64,000 nt of DNA, taken from positions 1-64,000 of the forward strand of contig JAAOYA010000008.1 of assembly GCA_018221105.1 (NCBI GenBank), in the 5' to 3' direction. Positions 26,659-36,302 of the stretch are shown in pieces. The notes beneath the pieces are model-generated. The model had not been told where the DNA came from. It saw only the letters and a list, made by a program, of their open reading frames with translations, and searched no databases. The first letter of the stretch is position 1; each line of letters starts with the position of its first letter. A program made the translations under genes and the position numbers. This DNA comes from Candidatus Woesearchaeota archaeon. GTDB lineage: Archaea > Nanobdellota > Nanobdellia > Woesearchaeales > JAAOYA01.

Positions 26659-27739
26659 TTTGTAGCTTTATAGTACCAGAACGCATATCCAACAATATTT
26701 GTTGACCAGTTTTTAACCTTTTTGTAATGTTTTTTGCTCCAACAATGCAAGGGATCTTTAATTCTCTGCTAAGAATTGCAGCGTGGCAGGTAAGGCCTCC
26801 TTCTTCAGTCACTATTGCTTTAGGATGCTTTTGCGCTATTAAAGGAATTTGTTGTGGTAGTGTTTGAATAACAACTAATAATTCGCCATGCTTTAATCTC
26901 TTGAGGTCTCTTGAGTGGCGGATAACCCTGACTTTTCCAGTTATTGTTTTGCTTCTTGTTTTGCTTGCAACCTGGCCTTTCAATAAACTTTCAGTTATTG
27001 TTTTTGAAAAAAAGTTTTTTAATTCTTTAACAATTGCAGGTTTGTAAATTAGGGCTGCTTGTCGTTTTGTAGCTATAAAAACAAAGCCTTGTTTTCGTTT
27101 AACAATAAGTTTCAATAATTGTTTTGAAATTTTATAATTATTATCGATTACTATTTGTAGTTCTATGTCTGTTAAATACAAGAATTGATTATTTTTTGCA
27201 AGTGTTGGAATAATTTTTTTTAAGACTTTTTTAATATTCTTTTCTGCTTGTTCTTCTTTGAATACTATTGTGTTGCGCCAAAGATTATGTTTTTTTAAGG
27301 AACTATTTTTTTTCTTGTTTTGCTTGAGCATTAATCCTAATGAAAAGCTTTTCATAAATAAATACGAGTAATACTCGTACATAACTAGTAATTTTTTAAC
27401 ACCCTTTTTTGTCGGCTTTTTTAGTGATTGTTTGCTTAATAATAGCATATCGGACATTAAGGTTTCGCATTTTTGTATTGTATTATTTAATAGTTTTTTG
27501 TCTTTGAGTAATTGTTTTGCTGATAATTTATGAAATGTTTTTGCAGTCTTTAAATTAAATACTCTGACGTGTTTTTGATCAATTGGTAATAATAAACGTT
27601 CAATAAATTTCTTGTCATGTTTTCTCTCGCCACTTGTTCGCAGACTAAAAAATAATAGGTTATCAGTAGTCCTAACTCCTGTGAACCACTGATTTCTTTT
27701 AACATAGTTTAATAGTCTTTGTTCTTTTGAAAAAAACAT
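26639..27739 (-). CDS. Protein with C-terminal PEP-utilising phospho-His swivel domain
   Basis: VTEEGGLTCHAAILSRELKIPCIVG. The N-terminal part is unassigned. Confidence 0.85.
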   Translation of the reverse strand: MFFSKEQRLLNYVKRNQWFTGVRTTDNLLFFSLRTSGERKHDKKFIERLLLPIDQKHVRVFNLKTAKTFHKLSAKQLLKDKKLLNNTIQKCETLMSDMLLLSKQSLKKPTKKGVKKLLVMYEYYSYLFMKSFSLGLMLKQNKKKNSSLKKHNLWRNTIVFKEEQAEKNIKKVLKKIIPTLAKNNQFLYLTDIELQIVIDNNYKISKQLLKLIVKRKQGFVFIATKRQAALIYKPAIVKELKNFFSKTITESLLKGQVASKTRSKTITGKVRVIRHSRDLKRLKHGELLVVIQTLPQQIPLIAQKHPKAIVTEEGGLTCHAAILSRELKIPCIVGAKNITKRLKTGQQILLDMRSGTIKLQNDKTIK

Positions 27740-27785
27740 GTTAAAACTTTATAGAATTATTGATTATAAAAAATTATTGAATTGC

Positions 27786-28238
27786 TTAATTGTAGTGTTG
27801 GTCTACCGCTTTTGCGTATTCTTTGGCTCTTTGTGTTAGTGCTGGCAGTAACACCCTAATTATTTTTTCTTCAAAGATTTCAGCTAACGTCATGTTTTCA
27901 GTGATTCTGTAGTGTCCATTATGTTTTTCTATTATGAACAAGTCTTTGAGTCTTTTTAATTGTCGTCGTATGTTGCTTGGCGCTATTCCAACTTGTGCTT
28001 TGCGATGCTTTTTACGATGTTCAATGACTAAATTAGGTATTTTTTCTGGTGTTTGCTGGTTTTCGAGTAGTATTGATAGTACGTCGACTATGACATCGCG
28101 CGAGTCACCAGGCTGCAACAATCCTAGTGTTAAACATAGTTTTCGTACTATCTCGCGCTTGCCAAGGTCATACGGTCTTTCATAACGGCGCAGTGTTAGC
28201 TCTTGCAAGGGAGTGTCTTTTGAAATTGTTGTTTTCAT
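27786..28238 (-). CDS. Hypothetical protein, probable winged helix
   Basis: LGLLQPGDSRD, SNIRRQLKRLKDLFIIEK...YRI. ATG at 28238 preferred. Confidence 0.7.
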   Translation of the reverse strand: MKTTISKDTPLQELTLRRYERPYDLGKREIVRKLCLTLGLLQPGDSRDVIVDVLSILLENQQTPEKIPNLVIEHRKKHRKAQVGIAPSNIRRQLKRLKDLFIIEKHNGHYRITENMTLAEIFEEKIIRVLLPALTQRAKEYAKAVDQHYN

Positions 28239-28384
28239 ACTAAGAGTGTTGTTTTTTTGGTTTATATACTCGGCGCGTGCGTGTCCAGTGAACAACTGAT
28301 TGTTTTGTCGTGGTTAAAAGAATGTCCAGTGAATGATTAAACTTTGTTAGAAATTATTGTAATAATTTGTTTTTGATAAAATTA

Positions 28385-29269
28385 TTATGGTAAGGCTTCA
28401 CAAGCTTTTCCATCATCATCTCCATCTAAGTGATGAATATCTAAACCAACCTCTTGTTTACAATGATAATAAACAGCTTGGGCTTCTAATTCAGTATCAA
28501 AATCCTCACAATTATAATAATTAGAAAAGCATAAAATATCATCATCTTCTACATTTTCCCATAGACAACCATTGTTAGTTCCTTTAGCAAGTTCTTCTGC
28601 TTCATCAAACAAATCATCATAGGTATTGCCAAAAGAATAAGAATACGCTAAACCCAGAATTATCATCCCGTAATTTACAAATCTGTCTTCTCCATCAATT
28701 TCAACATAAATGTATCTTAATAATCTGCCATATTTGTCTTTATCTTCAATATCTACTTCTAAAGTAACTTCTTTTCCTAATATCAAATCTTCAAGTTCTT
28801 CTTTTGCTTCTTCAAAACACTCTTCTCCAAATTCAGCAGAATTAATTCCAATCAATCTAACTCTTTCTCCAGTTTCAAGTTCTATAGTATCTCCATCAAT
28901 AACCTTTGTTACTCTATACTTTTTTGGTTCTATATCAATTAAATCTTCATCATCTGGGGGAAGTGTAGGACAATTAAGAACCATTTCCACCTTATCAGTT
29001 ATATAGTCATATTCAGCTTCATATTCACACTTGTACATATCCCTTCTCATATCATCATACATCGCATCCCTCATCATATCATTATACTTAGCGTCTCTTC
29101 TCATATCGTCAATCATATCTTGTTGTAGTTCTTTTTGTTTTTGTTCTTCCCTCATTTGTTCTAATAATATTTTATCTTTTTCTAATTGTTGTTCATATAC
29201 ACTATACTCAGGACTACAGCCTACTAAGAATAAAGAAAGTATAATCAATCCAATTAATATTTTTTTCAT
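28385..29269 (-). CDS. Thermonuclease (SNase-like) lipoprotein with C-terminal Ca-binding-like motif
   Basis: Lipobox LFLVGC, VIDGDT, VRLIGI, DKYGRLLRY, and C-terminal NCEDF...LDGDDDGKACE. Confidence 0.88.
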   Translation of the reverse strand: MKKILIGLIILSLFLVGCSPEYSVYEQQLEKDKILLEQMREEQKQKELQQDMIDDMRRDAKYNDMMRDAMYDDMRRDMYKCEYEAEYDYITDKVEMVLNCPTLPPDDEDLIDIEPKKYRVTKVIDGDTIELETGERVRLIGINSAEFGEECFEEAKEELEDLILGKEVTLEVDIEDKDKYGRLLRYIYVEIDGEDRFVNYGMIILGLAYSYSFGNTYDDLFDEAEELAKGTNNGCLWENVEDDDILCFSNYYNCEDFDTELEAQAVYYHCKQEVGLDIHHLDGDDDGKACEALP

Positions 29270-29358
29270 GTTATACATTAATAATAAATAATTATTAAAC
29301 TTTTTCTAAAAGACGAAGAATATGCTGTTGATGAACTAGAATTCTTTAAAAATAAAGC

Positions 29359-32300
29359 TTATTGTTTTTCAACAAATAGTTTTACTTGTTCTGTTTTGAT
29401 TTTTTCTGTTTTGTGATAGTCAACGTTGTGTGTTGGCTCTTTTGTTGTGATGACTAATTCTTTTGCTCCAACCTTTTCGCGAATTAATTCTGAATATTGT
29501 TCTAACATTTTATTAAAACCTTCTGTGCTAACAAGTGTTAATCTGATATCATCAATTTTTTGCAATCCTAGATTCTTGCGAGCTACTTGTATTCTGCGCA
29601 TTAGTTCTCTAGCGTAACCCTCGCTTTCTAACTCTTGTGTTCTTGTGCTGTCAATGTATAGGCTTCCAAACTTGAAGTCTCCTAAATAGTATGGTTTTGC
29701 TACTGTTTCTTCAATGCTAACATGAGAGTTTTTAATATCGTACTTTCCAACTTTGAAAACTCCTTTTGATTTTAGACCAGCAACTAGTTTTTTGCTATCA
29801 GCTTTTTTTATTAATTCTCCAACTTTTGCAGTGTCCTTGCCGAAAACTTGTCCGAGGTTTTTGTAGTTTGGCTTGACGTCAAAACTGGCAGCTTTGAAGC
29901 TTTCTACAAATTCTATTTCTTTTACGTTAGTTTGTTGTTTTATCGCGCCAAACAATTTTTTCACGGCCGTTTTTACTGAATTGTTTGTTGTTGCAATAAT
30001 GATTTTTTGTACAGGCCAGCGTATTCCAAGGCTTGCCCTCTCGCGAGCGGCTAAGGTTGAGCTGATAACTTCTTTTGCAATTTCAAAGTTTTTCTCCAAA
30101 GCAGTATCAATTTTTTTTGTATCGCTTTTTGGCCAGTCAATTAAGTGAATGCTTTCATCTTTTAGCGAGTATTCTGTTTTGAAGTTTTGATAAATTTGTT
30201 CTGTGATAAATGGTGCTATTGGAGCAAACAATAATAGTGTATTGTAGATTGTTTGATAGGCAACGTACGCTACTGTTTTTCTTTCTTTGTCGTTTCCTAG
30301 GCTTGCTTTGTCGCGTGTTAATTGAATGTAGGTGCGGCTTAACTCTAAGAACAGTTGTTCTACGACTTGCGGTGTCTCACTTAATTTATACACATCAAAT
30401 AATTCTGTTGTTTTTTTTATTGAACTGTTTAGTTTGCTTAGCATGTATTGTTCTGCAAGGCATATGTCTAAGTCTTTGCTTGTTAGTTTTGTTGGATTAA
30501 TTTTTAGCTGTCTTGTTAGATCGAATAGGAAGTTTTGCAAATTCCATAGTATAAACAAGGTTTTGTTTTTTACTTTCATGTCTTCAAAATTATAATTCAA
30601 ATCCAACCCTGGGTTTGCTGCGCCAATAGTGTAATATCTGAATGTGTCTGCTCCGTACTTGTCAAATACTTCAAAAGGGCTTATGATGTTTCCTAAGCTT
30701 TTGCTCATCTTGCGCCCCATTGCATCGTTGATAAATCCGTGCATGTATACTGCGTCAAAAGAGTGTTTGTTCATGCTTACCATACTAGCAACGAATAATA
30801 GGTTGAACCAGCCTCGTATTTGATCTTTTCCTTCTAGTATGAAGTCTGCTGGAAACATTTCATCAAACAAGTCTGTGCGAACTGGGTAATCAAGGCATAA
30901 CCAACTACTACAACCCGCGTCTACCCAAACGTCTAAAACGTCAGGACAACGTTTTTTTGTGCCGCCACACTTACATTTTAGTGTTACCCTATCAATATAT
31001 GGTTTGTGCAAATCTGTTGGAACTTTCACGCCGAGTTTTGCTAATTCTTTTGTTGAGCCGATTACTGTGTAATCATCGCATTTTTCGCACTTCCATACTG
31101 GTAGTGGCGTGCCCCAATAGATTTGTTTTGTTATGCTATTATCTCGTAGGTTGTCAAGCCATGAATGAAATTGTCTGCTGCCAGCCCAATCTGGAACCCA
31201 ATAAGTTTTTTTGTTAAGGGTTTTCATTCGCTCTTTTAAATCTTCAATTTTGAAAAACCATTGTTTTGTTGCGCGAAAGATTATTGGTTCTTTGCAGCGC
31301 TCGCAATGCGCGTAATCATGCTCTACTGGTGTGGTCGCGATTAATGCGTCTCTTTTGTCTAGTTCTTCTGTGAATTTTTTGTCGTTAACTCTTGCTTGCA
31401 ATCCCTCAAAAGCTTTGATGCCATTAAATTTTCCTTGTTCGTTCACAAGGTTGAAAATTGGTAGTTTGTTGCGAACTCCTACTTCGTAATCTTCTGGCCC
31501 GCAGCCTGGAGCGCAATGCACTAGACCACTACCTGCTGTTGTGTTGACATACTCTGTGCTCATAAGAACAGTGTGTAATTTTTTGGCTTTTGGAAAATCA
31601 ATGATGTCCTCAAACGGGTGAGCGTACTTTATGCCTTCTAATTTTTTTCCTTTGAATTCTTCTATGATTTTGTATTTTTTGTTGGCAACCCCTATGATTA
31701 ATGGTGCTGCTAGTGCTTTTGCTACAATCCAAATTTCATTGTCGACTTTTGCGCGCACGTAATCAAGTTCTGGGTTTACCATCACTGCTAAATTAAATGC
31801 TATTGTCCAAGGAGTAGTTGTCCAAATGATTAATGATTCTCCTTTTTGGTTTTCTAGTGGAAATTTTACGAATATTGAATTGTCTGTGACGTTTTTGTAT
31901 TCTAATTCGTGTTTTGCTGTACTTGTCTCACAACTCGCACACCAAGTCAAAGTTCTTAGGCCCTCGTATAATCTTTTGTTTTCATGTGCTTTTTTTACCA
32001 GCCACCAGATGCCTTCAATGTATGAATTGTCTATTGACTTGTAAGGATTCTCAAAATCCATCCACACTCCCATTCTTGTGAAGTCTTCTATCATCAAGTG
32101 CATGTTTTGTAGTGCTAATTTTTTGCATTCTTTTACAAATTTTTCAACGCCGTACTTTTCTATTTCTTCTTTGCTCTCTAGTTTTAGTTTTTCTTCTACT
32201 TTATGACTTATTGGCAGTCCGTGCATGTCAAAGCCTGCCCTGTCCCACACGTTATAACCTTTCATTCTTTTGTAGCGCATTAGTGCATCGCGTAGTGCTT

Positions 32301-32472
32301 TGCCCCAGGCTGTTCCAAGGTGTATTCTGCCACTGGTGTATGGCGGGCCGTCTAAGTAGTAAAAGCGTTTTTTCGTGTTATTTTTTGTTTTGGCTTTTTT
32401 GTAGACTTGTTTTTTTTGCCAGAATTGTAGAATTTCTTTTTCTAGTTTGTCGGCAACATAACTGTTTGTCAT
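29359..32472 (-). CDS. ileS: Isoleucine--tRNA ligase (archaeal/eukaryotic type)
   Basis: DGPPYTSGRIHLGT, WTTTPWT, EGKDQIRGWF, KMSKSLGN. ATG at 32472. Confidence 0.96.
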   Translation of the reverse strand: MTNSYVADKLEKEILQFWQKKQVYKKAKTKNNTKKRFYYLDGPPYTSGRIHLGTAWGKALRDALMRYKRMKGYNVWDRAGFDMHGLPISHKVEEKLKLESKEEIEKYGVEKFVKECKKLALQNMHLMIEDFTRMGVWMDFENPYKSIDNSYIEGIWWLVKKAHENKRLYEGLRTLTWCASCETSTAKHELEYKNVTDNSIFVKFPLENQKGESLIIWTTTPWTIAFNLAVMVNPELDYVRAKVDNEIWIVAKALAAPLIIGVANKKYKIIEEFKGKKLEGIKYAHPFEDIIDFPKAKKLHTVLMSTEYVNTTAGSGLVHCAPGCGPEDYEVGVRNKLPIFNLVNEQGKFNGIKAFEGLQARVNDKKFTEELDKRDALIATTPVEHDYAHCERCKEPIIFRATKQWFFKIEDLKERMKTLNKKTYWVPDWAGSRQFHSWLDNLRDNSITKQIYWGTPLPVWKCEKCDDYTVIGSTKELAKLGVKVPTDLHKPYIDRVTLKCKCGGTKKRCPDVLDVWVDAGCSSWLCLDYPVRTDLFDEMFPADFILEGKDQIRGWFNLLFVASMVSMNKHSFDAVYMHGFINDAMGRKMSKSLGNIISPFEVFDKYGADTFRYYTIGAANPGLDLNYNFEDMKVKNKTLFILWNLQNFLFDLTRQLKINPTKLTSKDLDICLAEQYMLSKLNSSIKKTTELFDVYKLSETPQVVEQLFLELSRTYIQLTRDKASLGNDKERKTVAYVAYQTIYNTLLLFAPIAPFITEQIYQNFKTEYSLKDESIHLIDWPKSDTKKIDTALEKNFEIAKEVISSTLAARERASLGIRWPVQKIIIATTNNSVKTAVKKLFGAIKQQTNVKEIEFVESFKAASFDVKPNYKNLGQVFGKDTAKVGELIKKADSKKLVAGLKSKGVFKVGKYDIKNSHVSIEETVAKPYYLGDFKFGSLYIDSTRTQELESEGYARELMRRIQVARKNLGLQKIDDIRLTLVSTEGFNKMLEQYSELIREKVGAKELVITTKEPTHNVDYHKTEKIKTEQVKLFVEKQ

Positions 32473-32504
32473 TTTAATTTTGAGAACTGGGTTATTTATA
32501 AACT

Positions 32505-32663
32505 TTAACGTACTGGGGTGTTGCATTTGATGCATACATGTCCATCGTGTTCATCGTCAAATCGGGTGTTTACATCGTAGTCTAATGTCTCACCACACTT
32601 TGGACATTTTGGCTCTAAGTAGTTTACGTCGTTAAAAAAATCTACTCCTTGCTGCTGATTCAT
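32505..32663 (-). CDS. 52-aa zinc-finger microprotein
   Basis: Hand translation MNQQQGVDFFNDVNYLEPKCPKCGETLDYDVNTRFDDEHDGHVCIKCNTPVR. GGGTG upstream. Below the ORF track cut-off. Confidence 0.75.
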   Translation of the reverse strand: MNQQQGVDFFNDVNYLEPKCPKCGETLDYDVNTRFDDEHDGHVCIKCNTPVR

Positions 32664-32739
32664 TTTTCACACCCTAAAACTAGTATGTTTACTTAGGCAC
32701 TTTGCCATATTTAAAAGTTTTGTTTTAAACAATAAAAGC

Positions 32740-32753
32740 GAAAGGTTTATATA
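32740..32753 (+). promoter_or_regulatory. Archaeal BRE/TATA promoter
   Basis: GAAAGGTTTATATA upstream of parA, which has a GGAGGTG ribosome-binding site. Confidence 0.55.
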
Positions 32754-32824
32754 TTAATATACATATTCCCATACTGATATTTGATTTACAATATTAGTTT
32801 ACAGCATTTTGGAGGTGCATAGTA

Positions 32825-33625
32825 ATGAGAAAAATAGCAGTGATAAACCAAAAAGGTGGTGTTGGAAAGACCACTACAACAGTGAACCTGGCAGCAGGAC
32901 TAGCACGACAAAATAAAAAAGTACTAATAATAGATTTAGACCCTCAAGGCAACATCAAAAGTAGCCTTCACACCTACTCTAAATATGATATGTACCACGT
33001 TCTAACAACTGAAATGCCCGCAACAGAAGCAATAGTGCCACTTGGGCGAAACCTTGATGTTATAACAAGCAAGGAAACACTAACAAAAACAGAGCTTATG
33101 ATGATAGGACAGCCAAACTGTCAAAAAATACTAAAAGAAAAACTTAATTGTATCAAAGGCTATGATTACGTACTAATAGATTGTGCACCATCACTCGGGC
33201 TATTAAACCAAAACGCTCTTTTGTATGCTGAAGAAGTTTTCATTCCTGTAAGCGCTGACGTTTTAGCGATTGACGGCTTGCAAAAAATGATTGAAGCAAT
33301 TGAAACAATCAACGAAGCTTTTCTGCACAAATTAAAAGTTTCAAAAATCATTCCAACAATGTACGATCAACGAAACAAAATCTGCAAGGCAAGCTTGCAA
33401 AAACTGCGCGATGAATACTACACGATTCTAACAGATCCGATAAGAGTCAATAGCAAACTGATGGAAGCGCCAAAACACGGCAAAAGCATCTACGCTCTGG
33501 ATCCTAAAAGTCGCGGTGCAAAAGATTACTGGCAATTAGTACAGCACGTCATCAACGACGAGCAAACAATTACTGGTAAAGAACAAACACTAATAGCCCC
33601 ACTAGTCAGCGGAATAAAATTTTAA
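32825..33625 (+). CDS. parA: ParA/Soj family ATPase
   Basis: NQKGGVGKTT, DLDPQGN, IDCAPSLG. Confidence 0.9.
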   Translation: MRKIAVINQKGGVGKTTTTVNLAAGLARQNKKVLIIDLDPQGNIKSSLHTYSKYDMYHVLTTEMPATEAIVPLGRNLDVITSKETLTKTELMMIGQPNCQKILKEKLNCIKGYDYVLIDCAPSLGLLNQNALLYAEEVFIPVSADVLAIDGLQKMIEAIETINEAFLHKLKVSKIIPTMYDQRNKICKASLQKLRDEYYTILTDPIRVNSKLMEAPKHGKSIYALDPKSRGAKDYWQLVQHVINDEQTITGKEQTLIAPLVSGIKF

Positions 33626-33642
33626 TTTTTTATTATTATATT

Positions 33643-33903
33643 TTATAAAAATCGTTGTTTTAGTTTTTCTAAGAGGTTTTTTGCTTCTTCGAGTTGACTT
33701 GGCATTGCAAGCTCAAAACTTTTCTTGTTAGCAAAGCGCACTTGTTGCTCTCTTAGCGATTGCAAAAAAACATCAACCTCTTTTATAGCACCATAAATTT
33801 GGTGTTGTCGTGAAAGATCAATTTCGTGCTTTCTATCATAAAGCATTTGCGCAAGGTTAACCCTTCGCTGCTCAAATGCTCTCATTATATCTGCAAAAGG
33901 CAT
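33643..33903 (-). CDS. Hypothetical protein
   Basis: Operonic ORF. Confidence 0.65.
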   Translation of the reverse strand: MPFADIMRAFEQRRVNLAQMLYDRKHEIDLSRQHQIYGAIKEVDVFLQSLREQQVRFANKKSFELAMPSQLEEAKNLLEKLKQRFL

Positions 33904-33907
33904 TTTT

Positions 33908-34204
33908 TTAGTATTCCTCTCTTTGTTTACTCAATTTTTTTACTTGTATTAAAAAATAATCCAAGCAGTCCATGGCGCAAAAAGACGCTTTTTTCATAAG
34001 GTCAGGAGGCCCAAAAGTTAGAGTATATGAGTACTCTCGAAACAATGGCTTTTGACATACTGCGCAAAAACTGTTGCGTGTTTCATAATCAACGATGCGC
34101 TTTTGTATTAATTGTTTCATGTGATTGCCGCCTGTTTGCAAATCAAACTCTACCTTTTTTAACTCTTGCAAGTCCATGCCTGTTATTGCTTGTCTGACAT
34201 TCAT
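33908..34204 (-). CDS. Hypothetical Zn-binding protein
   Basis: CAVC...FCAMDC, with ATGA overlap to the upstream gene. Confidence 0.7.
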   Translation of the reverse strand: MNVRQAITGMDLQELKKVEFDLQTGGNHMKQLIQKRIVDYETRNSFCAVCQKPLFREYSYTLTFGPPDLMKKASFCAMDCLDYFLIQVKKLSKQREEY

Positions 34205-35469
34205 AAATTTATCACCTCACCATTTTTTGGAGTAAAAACTTTAATGTTTTGATTTTGTGCTAGAATCTTTTGTCTAAATTGTTCTATAGCTTGTGGGTCG
34301 CCATGGTTTAGGACAACATTTTTGGGTTTTAATTGTGCTACAAGCTCTAGTAGTTGACGTTGTCCTGAGTGAGCGCTAAAATCGTATTTTTTTACTGTTC
34401 CTTTATAGCGTACTTTTAGGCCGTCAAGGTATAGTTTTCCTTCATCGAGTAGTAGTCTGCCGTTTGATCCTTCTGCTTGATAGCCCGTTAGCAAGATGGC
34501 GGTGTTTGTGTGATTCCAAAGTGTTGTCAAGTATTGTATTACCGGGCCGCCGTCTAGCATTCCGGAGGTTGTGACTATTATGGAGTTTTCTTTCATTACA
34601 ACTTTGCGCTGTCTTGGGCTTCGAACCATTATAGTGTTTTGCAAGGCTTTTTTTAATTTTGATGCGTCAGCTAGGTTTGTTGGCATTTTGACAAATTGGT
34701 TGGTGATTTTTTTGCCCATTCCATCTAAGTAAATATTGTTTTCTAGTTTTATCGTGTTTAGCATCATTAGTACTTCTTGGCTTCTTCCAAGGGCAAAGGC
34801 TGGAATTAATACTTGCCCGCGATGCGATAGGTCTTCTACAGTGTTTAGAAAGTCTTGTTCTTGTGATTGACGGTCTGGGTGGTCGCGATCGCCATAAGTG
34901 CTTTCTATTATTAGCACGTCAACGTTTTGTGCTTGCACGTTATGACCTCGTTGCAGTAATGTTGGAGTCTTTTTTATGTCTCCTGTGTAAATTATTTTTT
35001 TGTTTTCAATGTTTAATTCTATGCAGGCGCTTCCTGGAATGTGACCTGCGTCATGGTATTTGAAAGTGGCGTTTTTTAGCGAGTAGTCTTTTAGGTAGTT
35101 TACTGTCTGCATGTTTTTTAGTGTGAGGTTGATATCTTGATAGTCATAGCTTGGGTGCTCACCGTTTAATAGTTCGACTTTTAGTGAATCCTTTAACAAT
35201 ATTTTTGAAAGTCCTTTTGTTAGCGCTGTAGTGTAGATTGGGCATTTGAGTCCTTGACTAAAAAATAGTGGCAGTGCTCCTACGTGGTCTAAGTGAGCAT
35301 GACTTACTAGCACTCCATCAATTGTTGAATAATCAAAAGCTTGAGGGTATTCTGTTCCTTCTTCTGAAAGTTTTAGTCCTGCATCAAATAATATGTTTGT
35401 ATTGCCAGATGTTACTTGGATGCAACTTCTTCCAACTTCTCTTCCCGCGCCGTGTATTGTTATTTTCAT
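34201..35469 (-). CDS. Metallo-beta-lactamase/beta-CASP ribonuclease (CPSF-like)
   Basis: GAGREVGRSC, SHAHLDH, AGHIPGS, ESTYG, FSAH, LNHG. Confidence 0.92.
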   Translation of the reverse strand: MKITIHGAGREVGRSCIQVTSGNTNILFDAGLKLSEEGTEYPQAFDYSTIDGVLVSHAHLDHVGALPLFFSQGLKCPIYTTALTKGLSKILLKDSLKVELLNGEHPSYDYQDINLTLKNMQTVNYLKDYSLKNATFKYHDAGHIPGSACIELNIENKKIIYTGDIKKTPTLLQRGHNVQAQNVDVLIIESTYGDRDHPDRQSQEQDFLNTVEDLSHRGQVLIPAFALGRSQEVLMMLNTIKLENNIYLDGMGKKITNQFVKMPTNLADASKLKKALQNTIMVRSPRQRKVVMKENSIIVTTSGMLDGGPVIQYLTTLWNHTNTAILLTGYQAEGSNGRLLLDEGKLYLDGLKVRYKGTVKKYDFSAHSGQRQLLELVAQLKPKNVVLNHGDPQAIEQFRQKILAQNQNIKVFTPKNGEVINL

Positions 35470-35630
35470 TTTATTGTTTCAAAGTCTATGTACCAACGGT
35501 TTTGTTTTTTATCATAGTTGAATCTAACATAGTATTTCTTTTTTGAATCTAAGTGAAAAAGTAGTGGCATCGGTATTGTAGTTTCAAAACTGCTGCCTCG
35601 CCTGTATAATTTTCTTTTGAGCTCTCGCAT
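35466..35630 (-). CDS. 54-aa protein, AbrB/MazE-like DNA-binding fold suspected
   Basis: Hand translation MRELKRKLYRRGSSFETTIPMPLLFHLDSKKKYYVRFNYDKKQNRWYIDFETIK. Its stop overlaps the ribonuclease start (ATGA). Confidence 0.75.
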   Translation of the reverse strand: MRELKRKLYRRGSSFETTIPMPLLFHLDSKKKYYVRFNYDKKQNRWYIDFETIK

Positions 35631-35640
35631 TTTGTTTTTT

Positions 35641-35711
35641 TACTATTCAAAGGGGCTTATAGGAGGGGTGTGTGGTGGTATAGAACCGAGGAAAACCCCT
35701 TTGAATAAGTA
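35641..35711 (-). other. Leader stem-loop with CACCCCTCC in the loop
   Basis: Perfect 12-bp inverted repeat TATTCAAAGGGG/CCCCTTTGAATA. Lies between a minus-strand BRE/TATA (AAAAGTTTATATAA near 35751-35764) and the 54-aa ORF. Confidence 0.55.
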
Positions 35712-35882
35712 TTTTTTGATTAATCTTTTTAAGAACTAATATGATAACTATTATATAAACTTTTCTATTAATATACTTTATCGTATATTAGCTTATATTT
35801 TAGGTTATTAGTAAACTTATAAAAATACTTATAACTTGATTATTTGTAGAGAAAGAGAGAATGTTAAATTTAATTAAAAAAA

Positions 35883-36299
35883 TTATGCTAAACCACGCAA
35901 CAAAATAGAAACAACAAGACCAATAAATAATCCAACAATAAGCCCTAATAAAAAATCTTTCATGCCATTGTGCATCGTCACACTATCAGTAGCATCGTAT
36001 GCCAAAAGTTTTTTTTGCAATTGTCCAACACGGCGTCGAACTTTTTGTGCCATCATCTTTTTAGTAGTGGCAGTTTTTATGACAGTAGCAAGTTTTTTAT
36101 CTTGTATAACATCTAAAATCCAAGGGTGAAAATCATTACGCTCTTTGTTTACGTGATGGCTAAAAGTCACGTCATCCATCACCTCTAAAGCGTCAGCTAA
36201 CTCTTCTAAACTTTCAATCTCAGCGCCCAAGTGCAAACGAAAAAAACCTTCTCGCTCTACAGGCGCGAGCAATTTTTTTGCTCTCGTAATATTACACAC
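35883..36299 (-). CDS. DUF5752-like protein with C-terminal membrane anchor
   Basis: SLEELADAL...FSHHVNKERNDFHPW, followed by a hydrophobic tail. Confidence 0.7.
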   Translation of the reverse strand: MCNITRAKKLLAPVEREGFFRLHLGAEIESLEELADALEVMDDVTFSHHVNKERNDFHPWILDVIQDKKLATVIKTATTKKMMAQKVRRRVGQLQKKLLAYDATDSVTMHNGMKDFLLGLIVGLFIGLVVSILLRGLA

Positions 36300-36302
36300 C
36301 CC

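Noticed and set aside
22389..27739. Vancomycin or rifampin resistance genes
   Set aside because: Only family-level similarity. There is no van cluster, and an archaeon lacks the usual targets.
32825..33625. Plasmid or provirus partition module
   Set aside because: No parB, rep or integrase gene. The flanks are chromosomal housekeeping genes.
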